From contig CALUTP010000040.1 of the NCBI GenBank assembly GCA_944323725.1, positions 7,041 through 71,040 of the forward strand: a stretch of DNA of 64,000 nt, read 5' to 3'. Numbering within the stretch: the first letter of the stretch is position 1; each line of letters starts with the position of its first letter. The DNA is from Candidatus Gastranaerophilales bacterium. Its GTDB lineage: Bacteria; Cyanobacteriota; Vampirovibrionia; Gastranaerophilales; Gastranaerophilaceae. Both the position numbers and the translations under genes were made by a program. The notes below the pieces were generated by a model that was not told the DNA's origin, searched no databases, and saw only the letters and a program-made list of their open reading frames with translations. Positions 30,317 through 39,538 of the stretch are shown here, piece after piece.

Positions 30317-31051
30317 TTATTTTTTACAAGATTTTTTACCGCTATCCCAATCCAATTCACATCGCAAGTAGTCAAGGTTTTCGTTATACAATACCCATGC
30401 GGTACATGATGCACCGTTTGTATAACCATCATACATTTGCCCGAATTCCCTTGTTTTTGTACAATAATTTTTCATGGATAACTTGTCAAATTCTGTTCCT
30501 ATAGGATACATACCTGATTTTGTAATATAAAAAACAAATATATCTTTTCCTAATATATTAGGTTTTCCTGTAGAATTTGTATCCACATATATTGTCCCAC
30601 AAACTTCTTTTAGCTGTTTTAAAGAACCATAATGGCTCTTACATTCTCCATTCCAATTTCTGAAAATGAATGTCGTTCCATCTGCTATTTTATAGCTTGA
30701 GAATTGAGACGTATTATACATAACTGACGTACAGTTCTTTTTCACTTCTTCATTACTCATTCCTACACAATTCGTCGTTATTTTTATATACGGTGCGAAT
30801 TTGTTTGCAAGAATAATATGATTGCTCGGTTCATTCTTACCTGTTACTCCCCATTCATCAGGAGTCCCGTCTTTTTGAGATGCCATTAAGTATGCCTGCT
30901 GCATGATTGAATAGGCTTTTTTTACTCTTGCTATTATGACTTTTTCATGTTGTTTTTGAACTGTCGCTGGCAGCGTAAGAGCTGCTACTACTCCGATTAT
31001 CCCTAAGGTTATCAATACTTCTGCTAAAGTAAATGCATTTCTCTTTTTCAT
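30317..31051 (-). CDS. prepilin-type N-terminal cleavage/methylation-domain protein (pilin-like, subfamily 1)
   Basis: GGAGG SD then ATG 31051. MKKRNAFTLAEVLITLGIIGVVAALTLP. The Cys-rich C-terminus (...VDTNSTGKPNILGKDIFVFY...NGASCTAWVLYNENLDYLRCELDWDSGKKSC) is similar to 40962-41723. Confidence 0.85.
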   Translation of the reverse strand: MKKRNAFTLAEVLITLGIIGVVAALTLPATVQKQHEKVIIARVKKAYSIMQQAYLMASQKDGTPDEWGVTGKNEPSNHIILANKFAPYIKITTNCVGMSNEEVKKNCTSVMYNTSQFSSYKIADGTTFIFRNWNGECKSHYGSLKQLKEVCGTIYVDTNSTGKPNILGKDIFVFYITKSGMYPIGTEFDKLSMKNYCTKTREFGQMYDGYTNGASCTAWVLYNENLDYLRCELDWDSGKKSCKK

Positions 31052-31174
31052 AATTCCTCCAAAATTATTACACTTTCTTAAATTTTTTGCATTTAAAAAC
31101 ACCGTTTCAGCTGTAACGGCTTATTTTTTATACTATTTTGGTTTGGAGAAACTAATTCAAAAAGCTCTAATAAG

Positions 31175-31228
31175 CTAAAATAAGGTTGCCCCCCCCCCCA
31201 ATAACCAAGTTATAACTACATTTTGCAT
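31175..31228 (-). CDS. short SD-preceded leader ORF running through a G11 tract (MQNVVITWLLGGGATLF*)
   Basis: AAAGGAGGA then ATG at 31228. The G11 tract occupies codons 10-14. Stop TAG at 31175-31177. Its N-terminus is similar to the leader at 50503. Confidence 0.4.
   Translation of the reverse strand: MQNVVITWLLGGGATLF
31189..31199 (-). repeat. homopolymeric tract: C11 on plus strand, G11 on the coding (minus) strand
   Basis: Read directly: ...ggttg ccccccccccc aataacc... It lies about 140 nt upstream of the pilin-like ATG at 31051. Confidence 0.95.
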
Positions 31229-31258
31229 ACATCCTCCTTTATTATTTCTTATTATAAA

Positions 31259-31660
31259 TTATGTTTCAGAATTTTTCAAGTAATCTTCAAAAGTTTTTAT
31301 ATTAACCTTATAACCACAACCATCATGAAGTTTCGCAGGATAAAGAATCCTTTTTGCAGGATATTTTCTGCACATTTGCGGGCGTTTATCATATACAGAA
31401 CACTTTCCATCAGAAGTGACCAGCTTACATGCAAAAACTAAATTTCCTTCATCATCTTTCCCTTTAATATAAAATCTTCTATAGGTAGGAAATAAAAATT
31501 GCATTATTTTAAATTCTTTTTCTGTATAAGTATCAATACTATACATGTAATTGCAGCATTTTCCACACTTTTTACACTCACCTGTAACTTCATAAATTAT
31601 TTGCTCAGGAACAAAATAAGACCTAATTTCATTTATAATACTACATATAAAATCATACAT
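31259..31660 (-). CDS. YkgJ-type cysteine-cluster (CxxCxxCC) protein
   Basis: ECKKCGKCCN plus later Cys residues (ACKLVTSDGKCSVYDKRPQMCRKYP), typical of the putative Zn/Fe-chelating UPF0153 family. Confidence 0.7.
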   Translation of the reverse strand: MYDFICSIINEIRSYFVPEQIIYEVTGECKKCGKCCNYMYSIDTYTEKEFKIMQFLFPTYRRFYIKGKDDEGNLVFACKLVTSDGKCSVYDKRPQMCRKYPAKRILYPAKLHDGCGYKVNIKTFEDYLKNSET

Positions 31661-31740
31661 AATTACATAATATCATAAAAGATTTGCCCATTATCTTATT
31701 TTATAATAGAATAATATAGCATAGAAGGGATATTAATATA

Positions 31741-33912
31741 ATGGTAAGAATAAGAAGAACTGATAAAAGAATGTCTGCAAAGAATTTTGCAAAATCTAAT
31801 ATTTCTAGAAGAAACACTGGATTTTGGGCTAATATGAGAAACCTTGCAATTTTTGGAACCGCTTGTGTACTAGCAGCTGGTGTCGCATTTGAACTTTATC
31901 TTTCTTCACTTTCTCCAATAAAAAACTTAGAAGAATTTAAACCTAATATCGTCACAAAATTTTATTCTTCTGATGGAGAAATCATAAAAACATTCACCGC
32001 TTATACTTTTGAAAAAGTCGACATAGAAAATGTCCCAGAAGAACTTAAAGAAGCATTAATCGCAACAGAAGACAAAAACTTTTACAAACATAAAGGATAC
32101 GATCTTTCAGGACTAGCACGTTCAACTATCCAAAATATACTTGCAGGTCATGTAGTACAAGGTGCAAGTACTATTACTCAACAGTTATCCAGAATATTAT
32201 TCCTTTCTAATGAAAGAACTTTTGATAGAAAAATAAAAGAACTTGTTATTGCAGCAAGGATTGAAAAAACAATTTCAAAAGATCAAATTCTTGAAATGTA
32301 TATGAATAATGTCTATTTAGGTTCTGGTGCCTATGGTTTTGAAGGAGCATCACAAATCTATTTTAATAAACATTTAAAACAATTAACACTGCCAGAATTA
32401 GCACTTCTTGCAGGTTTACCTCAAGCACCGTCAGTATATTCACCATTTAACAACATGGATTTAGCAGTTCAAAGACGTAATCAAGTACTTCTTAGAATGT
32501 ATAAAATGAAATACATAACAAAAGATGAATATGAAAAAGCTAAAGAAGCAAAAGTTAAATTAACATCAATGCCAAAATATTACACTACAAACAAGGCACC
32601 ATATTTTTGTGATTATGTAATGAAAGAACTCGAAAAATTAGGCTTTGACGAAACTGATATCTCACAAGGCGGATATAAAGTAGTTACAACAATTGATTAT
32701 AAGACTCAAGAAAAAGTAAATGAAGCAATTCTAAAAAACATGAGAGCATATGGACTCACCAGCAAAAATCAACAAGCAGCAGTCTTTTCATTTTCACCAA
32801 TTGATGGAAAAATCCTTGCATATGCCGGTGGAAAAGATTATACACAAAGTCAATATGACCGTGTACAAGCGGTAAGGCCATCCGGTTCAGCGTTTAAGCC
32901 TTTTGTATATGCCGCTGCTATGGAAAAAGGAATCAGTCCTAATGATTTCATAGAAGATAAACCTATTAAAATTGGGGATTGGGCACCAAAAAATTATGGC
33001 TCAAAATATAGAGGAGAAATCCCAGTATATTCAGCTTTAATGGTATCTTCCAACGTATGCGCAGTTAGACTAATCAAAGAAGTAGGCATACGCGCAGTAA
33101 TTCAAATTGCAAGAGTTTTAGGTATTACAACCCCTCTTGAATACGATTATACAATTGCATTAGGGTCAAATGGTGTAAAATTATTTGAATTAACCAGAGC
33201 ATATGGAGCTTTTGCAAATGGAGGATATGTTGTCCAGCCTTATGCAATAGAAAGGATTGAAACTTCTAGAGGTAAAGTGGTATATAGAGCTCCAAAAGCG
33301 AAAGTATCAAGACAACTAAGCCTTAAAACCGCAGCAGAGATGACTGCTATGTTAAAAACAGTTATCCAAAGAGGAACAGGTGCTGCAGCAAATATAGGAA
33401 AACCTGCAGCAGGTAAAACTGGTACTACAGATGATTATAAAGATGCAAGCTTTGTTGGTTATACCCCAAATGTTGTAACTGGTGTATGGGTAGGAAATGA
33501 TGATAATTCAGATATGAGATCTATTCAAGGCGGCACAGTCCCTGCACTAATCTGGCGTGATGTGATGAAAGTTGCAACTGCACCATATGGGAGTGTTGAT
33601 TTTAACTATCCAGAAATTGAACTTACCGCATTCCAAGCAAAGCCTGGAAGTATAAAAATTATAAAACAAGAAGAAGAAAAAGAAAAACAAGAAGAACAAA
33701 AACAGACTGAAACTCAACAGCCAATACAAGAAGCAACTACTCCTGCGGAAGTTCTGCAAAACTTCAAAAAACAACAGGCCGCCAAGCAGCAAACAGTTCA
33801 AGACTCTTTACAAACACAAACTTCTGCACCAATTCCAAAATCTACATCGACAACACCGCCATCACAAGCCCCTATACCTATACCAATGGCAGTCCCGGAG
33901 AGTTTACATTAA
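31741..33912 (+). CDS. class A penicillin-binding protein (PBP1A-type transglycosylase/transpeptidase)
   Basis: N-terminal TM. GT51 motifs EDKNFYKHKGYD and GASTITQQL. Transpeptidase motifs SGSAFKP, SSN and KTGTT. Q/E/K/T/P-rich low-complexity tail. Confidence 0.93.
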   Translation: MVRIRRTDKRMSAKNFAKSNISRRNTGFWANMRNLAIFGTACVLAAGVAFELYLSSLSPIKNLEEFKPNIVTKFYSSDGEIIKTFTAYTFEKVDIENVPEELKEALIATEDKNFYKHKGYDLSGLARSTIQNILAGHVVQGASTITQQLSRILFLSNERTFDRKIKELVIAARIEKTISKDQILEMYMNNVYLGSGAYGFEGASQIYFNKHLKQLTLPELALLAGLPQAPSVYSPFNNMDLAVQRRNQVLLRMYKMKYITKDEYEKAKEAKVKLTSMPKYYTTNKAPYFCDYVMKELEKLGFDETDISQGGYKVVTTIDYKTQEKVNEAILKNMRAYGLTSKNQQAAVFSFSPIDGKILAYAGGKDYTQSQYDRVQAVRPSGSAFKPFVYAAAMEKGISPNDFIEDKPIKIGDWAPKNYGSKYRGEIPVYSALMVSSNVCAVRLIKEVGIRAVIQIARVLGITTPLEYDYTIALGSNGVKLFELTRAYGAFANGGYVVQPYAIERIETSRGKVVYRAPKAKVSRQLSLKTAAEMTAMLKTVIQRGTGAAANIGKPAAGKTGTTDDYKDASFVGYTPNVVTGVWVGNDDNSDMRSIQGGTVPALIWRDVMKVATAPYGSVDFNYPEIELTAFQAKPGSIKIIKQEEEKEKQEEQKQTETQQPIQEATTPAEVLQNFKKQQAAKQQTVQDSLQTQTSAPIPKSTSTTPPSQAPIPIPMAVPESLH

Positions 33913-34544
33913 TGGAAAAATTTATACCACACATAGGAGTTGATGAATCTGGAAAAGGGGACTTTTTTGGTCCGCTTGTAATTGCTGGAGTAATGGTTGA
34001 TGAAAAATCAGCTCAGTTATTTTCTGAACTCGGAATTAAAGACAGTAAAAAAATCACCGATAAAAAAATTCTGACTCTTGAACCTATTATTAAAGAACAT
34101 GCACCACATTCTGTTATTGCTATTTCAAACGGGAAATACAATGAATTATATGATAATATGAAAAACCTCAATAAACTCCTTGCTTGGGGTCATGCAAGAA
34201 CTATTGAAAATATCTTAGAAAAAAACGAATGCACATATGCAATTTCTGATAAATTTGGTAATGACCATTTTATTCAAGATGCTTTAATGAAAAGGGGCAG
34301 AACAATAAAACTTGATCAAATGATTAGAGGAGAAAGTGATATTGCAGTAGCCGCAGCATCAATACTTGCAAGAGCAGCCTTTGTACATAAAATAAATGAA
34401 ATGCAAGAAAAATACGGCATTGAATTTCCAAAAGGCTGTGCATCACAAGTAAAAGATTTCGCAAGAGAGTTTATTTCAAAATACAGCAAAGAAAGATTAA
34501 AAGAAGTTTGCAAAGCCCATTTTAAAACATACAACGAGGTATAA
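33912..34544 (+). CDS. type 2 ribonuclease H (RNase HII/HIII family catalytic domain)
   Basis: GVDESGKGDFFGPLVIAGV is the DE-active-site motif, closer to the HIII-style DESGKGD. 210 aa without the HIII N-terminal domain. Its start overlaps the PBP stop (TAATG). Confidence 0.8.
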   Translation: MEKFIPHIGVDESGKGDFFGPLVIAGVMVDEKSAQLFSELGIKDSKKITDKKILTLEPIIKEHAPHSVIAISNGKYNELYDNMKNLNKLLAWGHARTIENILEKNECTYAISDKFGNDHFIQDALMKRGRTIKLDQMIRGESDIAVAAASILARAAFVHKINEMQEKYGIEFPKGCASQVKDFAREFISKYSKERLKEVCKAHFKTYNEV

Positions 34545-34645
34545 TCAAAATTATTATAGAAATTATTATAGAAAATGCCCCAGCCTACAAAGTGCAAAAT
34601 TCCATTGATATTATAGGAACAGCTAGTTAGTTAGACTAACTAAAA

Positions 34646-34864
34646 TTAAAATCTCAAAATATCTTCCAAATCAGCATCCAGAAAATTGGCAAGGTTAACA
34701 ATTTTCTTTAAAGACATATTTGCAAGCCCGCGCTCTATTTTGCTGATATATTCTCTGCCAAGACCTGTTTTCTCTGCAAATTCTTCCTGCGTATAGCCTT
34801 TACGTATACGTTCTGCTTTTATATTTCTGCCGAACGGTTTTAATATTTTGGTCGCATCATACAT
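34646..34864 (-). CDS. XRE-family HTH transcriptional regulator (short)
   Basis: NIKAERIRKGYTQEEFAEKTGLGREYISKIERGLANMSLKKIVNLANFL. I start it at Met22 (MYDATK). Confidence 0.8.
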   Translation of the reverse strand: MYDATKILKPFGRNIKAERIRKGYTQEEFAEKTGLGREYISKIERGLANMSLKKIVNLANFLDADLEDILRF

Positions 34865-34922
34865 ACATATAAGTATACAAATTTGACAAATTTTTACCTG
34901 AGCCATATAATTACTCATATAG

Positions 34923-35147
34923 GACACTTATAAGGTCGCAATAATAAAATCAATACAGGACTTAACGGACTTAGAGTTAAGATTAGCGGTTATGGGCATG
35001 AACAGCTATTCTACAAAAGAAATAGCCGAATGCCTCCAATTTTCAACATATAAAGTTAAAAAAGTTAAATCATTTATCAATAAAAAATGTGAACAGTCAG
35101 AGTTTTACAAATCTTTAGCAGAATTAATCAGTCATAATATTATTTAA
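34923..35147 (+). pseudogene. LuxR/GerE-type HTH fragment with no usable start codon upstream of the HTH
   Basis: The open frame reads ...LTDLELRLAVMGMNSYSTKEIAECLQFSTYKVKKVKSFINKK..., matching the LuxR C-terminal pattern (L-T-x-x-E-x-x-x-x-x-x-x-G-x-S-x-KEIA-x-x-L-x-x-S-x-x-x-VK). The frame opens at 34923 after a TAG. The first ATG (34992) falls inside the HTH. Confidence 0.4.
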
Positions 35148-35249
35148 ACAGCACTATATTCATTTGCTTTGCCATTTTACACAGAATAAATAATTATTAC
35201 TTTATGATAATGCAGCCTAAATAAAACAGCGTTTAAAGCTTCATCATCC

Positions 35250-35978
35250 CTATTTTATACTTTTAAAATAATTTTCGTCTACACTTGCAAAATAACCGCA
35301 AGTTATGCCATTTTGACTGTTATCGGATGAAGGATTGCAGAACTTGCTTTGTGTAAAATCTTCAGTATCTTCAATATAATTACTTCGGGTTTTGCAGGAA
35401 GGCGACCCAAGCGGACAGATCCTGTCATTTTTATCTATTACAAAAGCAAAAGTATCATGTCCCATACGATTTGGTTTGTTAGCTGTCCCGTTGATGTCAA
35501 ACCAAACAATCGGATAAGAGTTATAACCTCCGGTTTCAACAATTACACTCATTCCGTTAGTTAATTCCATATACCCGTCATCTAGAAGACCTTTGTCAAA
35601 TTTTTGTTTTCCAGTAAAATTCTTATATTTACTAGCAGTGTATGCACCAGTTCCATTTTTATTTAAAGCATGGATGCCGGTAAAAGCTTCAGCAAGGACT
35701 TCTGAAAACACTCTATAAGTTCCGTCTTTGCAGTAATTTGATGATTCCGTATCAGGATTGGCAGTACAATATGTACTGTCAGTCATCATTAATTCCTGAG
35801 AATGAAAATAGTTAACAGCATTATGCAAAAGATTTGCGGCAACTTTGTATCTTGTTTCAAACTCTTTATATTGTGTTTTTTCTGTTAAAACGGGCATTGT
35901 CATTGCTGATACAACACCTATTATTCCTAAAGTGATTAAAACTTCTGCCAGAGTAAATCCTTTTTTAAAAATTAACAT
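35250..35978 (-). CDS. prepilin-type N-terminal cleavage/methylation-domain protein (pilin-like, subfamily 2)
   Basis: MLIFKKGFTLAEVLITLGIIGVVSAMTMPVL. The C-terminal WFDINGTANKPNRMGHDTFAFVI...NGITCGYFASVDENYFKSIK resembles 50579-51277. GGAGG lies 10 nt before ATG 35978. The alternative ATG 35987 is only 1 nt from the SD. Confidence 0.85.
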   Translation of the reverse strand: MLIFKKGFTLAEVLITLGIIGVVSAMTMPVLTEKTQYKEFETRYKVAANLLHNAVNYFHSQELMMTDSTYCTANPDTESSNYCKDGTYRVFSEVLAEAFTGIHALNKNGTGAYTASKYKNFTGKQKFDKGLLDDGYMELTNGMSVIVETGGYNSYPIVWFDINGTANKPNRMGHDTFAFVIDKNDRICPLGSPSCKTRSNYIEDTEDFTQSKFCNPSSDNSQNGITCGYFASVDENYFKSIK

Positions 35979-36141
35979 CGTATTCATTCCTCCATTTAGT
36001 TTCCAGCTAAAAAACTTATGATTTATTAGTTAATATAATAATATTATATATTATACTTAATAAAAAATCAATATAAATTTAGCTAACAGGTTATTATATT
36101 TAAAAAAACTTTCGCTAACATTAATTTAGAGGGAAAAGTTT

Positions 36142-36456
36142 ATGGGAAATATAAAAAGTCTGTTAGGAAAAAGGATAAAGGAGATAAGAAAAAAACGCGG
36201 CTTAACCCAGGAAAAACTAGCAGAATTGGCAGGAATAGAAATACCGAGCCTAAGCAATATTGAGAACGGCAAAAATTATCCGAATAATGAAACCCTCGAA
36301 AAATTATCAGACGCCCTAAATATAAGACCATACGAGTTATATATGTTTGACTATTACCAGCCTCCTGAAAAATTGATAAAAGAAATGCTGGATTATATGC
36401 AAAATGACGAGAATTTGACTCAGAAAATGTACCGCTATTTTATATGTATAAAATAA
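36142..36456 (+). CDS. XRE-family HTH transcriptional regulator (paralog of 7117-7446)
   Basis: LLGKRIKEIRKKRGLTQEKLAELAGIEIPSLSNIENGKNYPNNETLEKL. It is divergent from the pilin-like gene, separated by about 160 bp of intergenic sequence. Confidence 0.85.
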   Translation: MGNIKSLLGKRIKEIRKKRGLTQEKLAELAGIEIPSLSNIENGKNYPNNETLEKLSDALNIRPYELYMFDYYQPPEKLIKEMLDYMQNDENLTQKMYRYFICIK

Positions 36457-36460
36457 TTAG

Positions 36461-36483
36461 AAAAGGCGGGGTAAATCCCCGCC
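36461..36483 (-). terminator. GC-rich hairpin terminator between convergent genes
   Basis: GGCGGGG-TAAAT-CCCCGCC (36465-36483). The T4 run is present on the minus-strand side. Confidence 0.6.
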
Positions 36484-36484
36484 T

Positions 36485-36811
36485 CTACTGACTGATGCAA
36501 CTATTTAAGTAATCAATCGTACTAACTTTTTCATCATATAAATATTTAATAAAATTCAAATATGCTTCATCATAAGAGGTCACTACAAGGTTTATTTCAA
36601 ACCCGTCAGTGCAAAATGGTTCGTAATCATATACAACATAACTGTTATATTTACTTTTCCATTCTTTTCTTTCAATTCTGCAATTATTCTCTTCGATAAT
36701 ATCTTCTAACCAAGATATTATATCTTTATTCACGTTTTTCATTTCCAAGCGATTGTATCTGTTGCAATCGTGATAATTATTTCCGGTTAACATACCAAAT
36801 ACTCCAATCAA
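36485..36811 (-). CDS. hypothetical protein (108 aa)
   Basis: ORF only, no recognisable motif. It lies in the small regulator/pilin islet. Confidence 0.4.
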   Translation of the reverse strand: MIGVFGMLTGNNYHDCNRYNRLEMKNVNKDIISWLEDIIEENNCRIERKEWKSKYNSYVVYDYEPFCTDGFEINLVVTSYDEAYLNFIKYLYDEKVSTIDYLNSCISQ

Positions 36812-36968
36812 TTATACAAAAATTGTAATTGTTTTTTTTAGCTAAATAATCCCCTTTAGGTCTAAGATAAAATAGTAGTATTTGCTAATCTTTTTTGTAA
36901 TCCGTAAATATTGCATTTTTATTTTCCCTGTTATAAAATTGCATATCAGAGAATTAGTGAGGTATGTT

Positions 36969-37280
36969 ATGGATGAAAATTGCATTTTTTGTAAAATTAT
37001 AAACGGAGATTTCGGTACAGAATTTATTTATGAGAATGAACACCTTGTAGTTTTTAAAGATATTAACCCGAAAGCACCAGTACATTTACTTGTAGTTCCA
37101 AGAATCCATGTAGCTTCATTGAATGAACTTGAAGATAAAAACCTTATGGGTGAACTTATTATGGGCGTAAAAGAAGCAGCAAAAAAAGTAGGATTAAAAT
37201 CATATAGAACTCAAATTAATACAGGTAAAGAAGCAGGACAAGAAGTTTTCCATCTGCATATTCATGTCTTAGGAAAATAG
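36969..37280 (+). CDS. HIT-family (histidine triad) nucleotide hydrolase
   Basis: CIFCKII and the HLHIHVLG histidine triad. Started at ATG 36969 (MDENCIFC). Confidence 0.9.
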   Translation: MDENCIFCKIINGDFGTEFIYENEHLVVFKDINPKAPVHLLVVPRIHVASLNELEDKNLMGELIMGVKEAAKKVGLKSYRTQINTGKEAGQEVFHLHIHVLGK

Positions 37281-37310
37281 AAAATAATAATTATAAGGAG
37301 AATTTAATAA

Positions 37311-38162
37311 ATGAAAAATGGAATAGAAAATGGATATTATCATGAAATTACACCTGGCGGGTTTGGTATTGCAATAAAAGCAGGAAAAGTTTTATTTTCA
37401 GAACAGTCAGAATTTCAAAAAGTAGAAGTTTTTGAAACTGAAAGTCAATTAGGTAGAGTACTTACTCTTGATGATTTGATGATGACAACTGAGGGTGATG
37501 AATTCCATTATCATGAAATGATTGCTCATATTCCAATGATGCATCATAAATGTCCGCAGTCTGTTCTTGTAATTGGCGGAGGCGATGGGGGTACTGTCAG
37601 AGAAGTACTTAAACATAAAACTGTTGAAAAAGTTGTTTTATGTGAAATTGACGGTATGGTAATTGATGCTTGCAAAAAATACCTGCCGACAATATCTTGC
37701 GGACTTGATGATAAGAGAGTTGAAATTTTGGTACAGGACGCAATTGAATATATTAAAAATAAAAAAAATGAATTTGATATTGTATTAATAGACAGCACAG
37801 ATCCTATGGGGCCTGGAGAAGGTTTATTTACAGAAGAGTTCTATACAAATGTTAAAAACTCTCTAAAAGAAGGCGGTATTATAGCAGCACAATCAGAAAG
37901 CCCTTTTGTTAATAAAGAAGAAATTAAAAAAATGTATAATTTATTAAAAAAAGTATTTCCAATTTGTTCAACTTACACATCAAATATTCCAACATACCCT
38001 GGAGGATATTGGGCTTGGGCTTTTTGTTCAGAAACTGTTAAACCTTTGTCATATTTTGATGATGAACGCTGTAATGAGATTACAAAAACTTGCAAAATTT
38101 ATAATAAAGATTACCATATGGCAAGATTTGCACTTCCAAATTACTTAAAAGAACTTCTATAG
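37311..38162 (+). CDS. speE: spermidine synthase
   Basis: VLVIGGGDGGTVRE, the EIDGMV motif, and IDSTDPMGPGEGLF. Confidence 0.93.
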   Translation: MKNGIENGYYHEITPGGFGIAIKAGKVLFSEQSEFQKVEVFETESQLGRVLTLDDLMMTTEGDEFHYHEMIAHIPMMHHKCPQSVLVIGGGDGGTVREVLKHKTVEKVVLCEIDGMVIDACKKYLPTISCGLDDKRVEILVQDAIEYIKNKKNEFDIVLIDSTDPMGPGEGLFTEEFYTNVKNSLKEGGIIAAQSESPFVNKEEIKKMYNLLKKVFPICSTYTSNIPTYPGGYWAWAFCSETVKPLSYFDDERCNEITKTCKIYNKDYHMARFALPNYLKELL

Positions 38163-38173
38163 AGAATAAAATT

Positions 38174-39484
38174 ATGACAGAAGGTAAAATAAAAATTTTA
38201 TATGACGCAACTTTGCTATCATATTTTTCTGAAAAAAATGAAAAAAGGAGCGGAGTATATTTTGTTACCTATAATATTTTAAAAGAACTTCTTAATTATC
38301 CGAATTTTGAGATTACATTATATTGTGACTATAAAAGAATACAATATATGAAACAACTTATGCTTGAAGATAATATACTCAAAAATTTTAAGTTGATGGA
38401 AGTAAAAGATATTACAAACCCTATAATAGGTATTATAGCTAATTTAGGGTTTAAATTTCGAAAATCACCCGAAATACAGGATAATTTTTTAAGGAAAATT
38501 GTAAGATTTATTGCATTTAGAAGTTTTCATTTATATGACAAATTAAGAAGTGAAAGTCCTGCATTTATTAAAAAACTTCAAGAATTTAATGTGTATTTTT
38601 CACCTTATGAAATTATCCCTAAAGAAATTACAAAAGATAAAAAAATTAAAAGATTTTTATTCTTACATGATGTAATTCCTTTAATTTTGGAAGATTTGTA
38701 TAACGAGATAAATTTATCGAGTGAATGGTTTAAAAGACTCTTAAATTCACTTAATAATAATGATTATTATTTTGCTAACTCCCAATCAACAAAAGATGAT
38801 TTTATAAAATATGCGAAAGATTTAAAACCTGAAAATATAATTGTCACTTATTTAGGAGCAAACGAAAATTTCAAAAAAATAACCGACGCTGAAAAAATTA
38901 AAACTATTAAAGCAAAATACAATATACCTAAAGATAAAAAATACATATTCAGTTTATGCTCACTTGAGCCTAGAAAAAATCTTATTTTTGCTGTAAAGAA
39001 TTTCATTGAATTTATAAAGAAAAACAATATAGAAGATTTTATATTTGTACTAGGCGGAGGACAAGTAAAACAATTCCAGCCAAAGTTGGAAAAAGAAATT
39101 TCAGAGTTAAAAGAATTTAAAAATAAAATTTTAAAAATTGGATATGTAGCAGATGAAGACTTACCAACATTATACAGCGGAGCTGAAATGTTTGTATATC
39201 CGTCAATTTATGAAGGTTTTGGGATGCCTGTATTAGAAGCAATGCAATGCGGTTGTCCGGTTATAACATCAAATATCTCTTCACTGCCTGAAGTTATAGG
39301 GGATGCTGGAATTAAAATAAATCCTTATAATAATGAAGAACTTATTAACGCTTATGAAAAAATGTATTTTGATACAAGTTTCAAACAAGAATGCGAGAAA
39401 AAAAGTCTAGAACAGGCATCAAAATTTTCTTGGAATAAATGCGTAAATATCATAACATCTGAAATTGAAAAAAGTATGTCGTAA
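38174..39484 (+). CDS. glycosyltransferase family 4 (GT-B)
   Basis: C-terminal PSIYEGFGMPVLEAMQCGCPVITSNISSLPEV, containing the E-x7-E motif. Confidence 0.85.
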   Translation: MTEGKIKILYDATLLSYFSEKNEKRSGVYFVTYNILKELLNYPNFEITLYCDYKRIQYMKQLMLEDNILKNFKLMEVKDITNPIIGIIANLGFKFRKSPEIQDNFLRKIVRFIAFRSFHLYDKLRSESPAFIKKLQEFNVYFSPYEIIPKEITKDKKIKRFLFLHDVIPLILEDLYNEINLSSEWFKRLLNSLNNNDYYFANSQSTKDDFIKYAKDLKPENIIVTYLGANENFKKITDAEKIKTIKAKYNIPKDKKYIFSLCSLEPRKNLIFAVKNFIEFIKKNNIEDFIFVLGGGQVKQFQPKLEKEISELKEFKNKILKIGYVADEDLPTLYSGAEMFVYPSIYEGFGMPVLEAMQCGCPVITSNISSLPEVIGDAGIKINPYNNEELINAYEKMYFDTSFKQECEKKSLEQASKFSWNKCVNIITSEIEKSMS

Positions 39485-39538
39485 AGATATTTATGTTATA
39501 ATGTATTTCAGAAAAGAAGTTAATTTAAGGGGAGAATA

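Noticed and set aside
31052-31102. N-terminal extension of the pilin-like ORF from GTG 31102 (MFLNAKNLRKCNNFGGI...). Similar extensions occur at 7515, 15642, 17891, 34927, 36882 and 48320.
   Set aside because: The extensions are preceded by no SD and contain hairpins or hydrophobic junk. An internal ATG with a good SD, or the start of the conserved domain, fits better.
33547-33801. 84-aa minus-strand ORF rich in F/L (FFFFFFLF)
   Set aside because: It is the antisense read of the E/K/Q-rich low-complexity tail of the PBP gene (GAA/AAA repeats) and is not an independent gene.
34549-34572. Tandem 12-bp duplication AATTATTATAGA x2, considered as a CRISPR or minisatellite
   Set aside because: It has only two AT-rich copies with no spacers. 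It is too short for a CRISPR array and was noted only as a possible junction scar.
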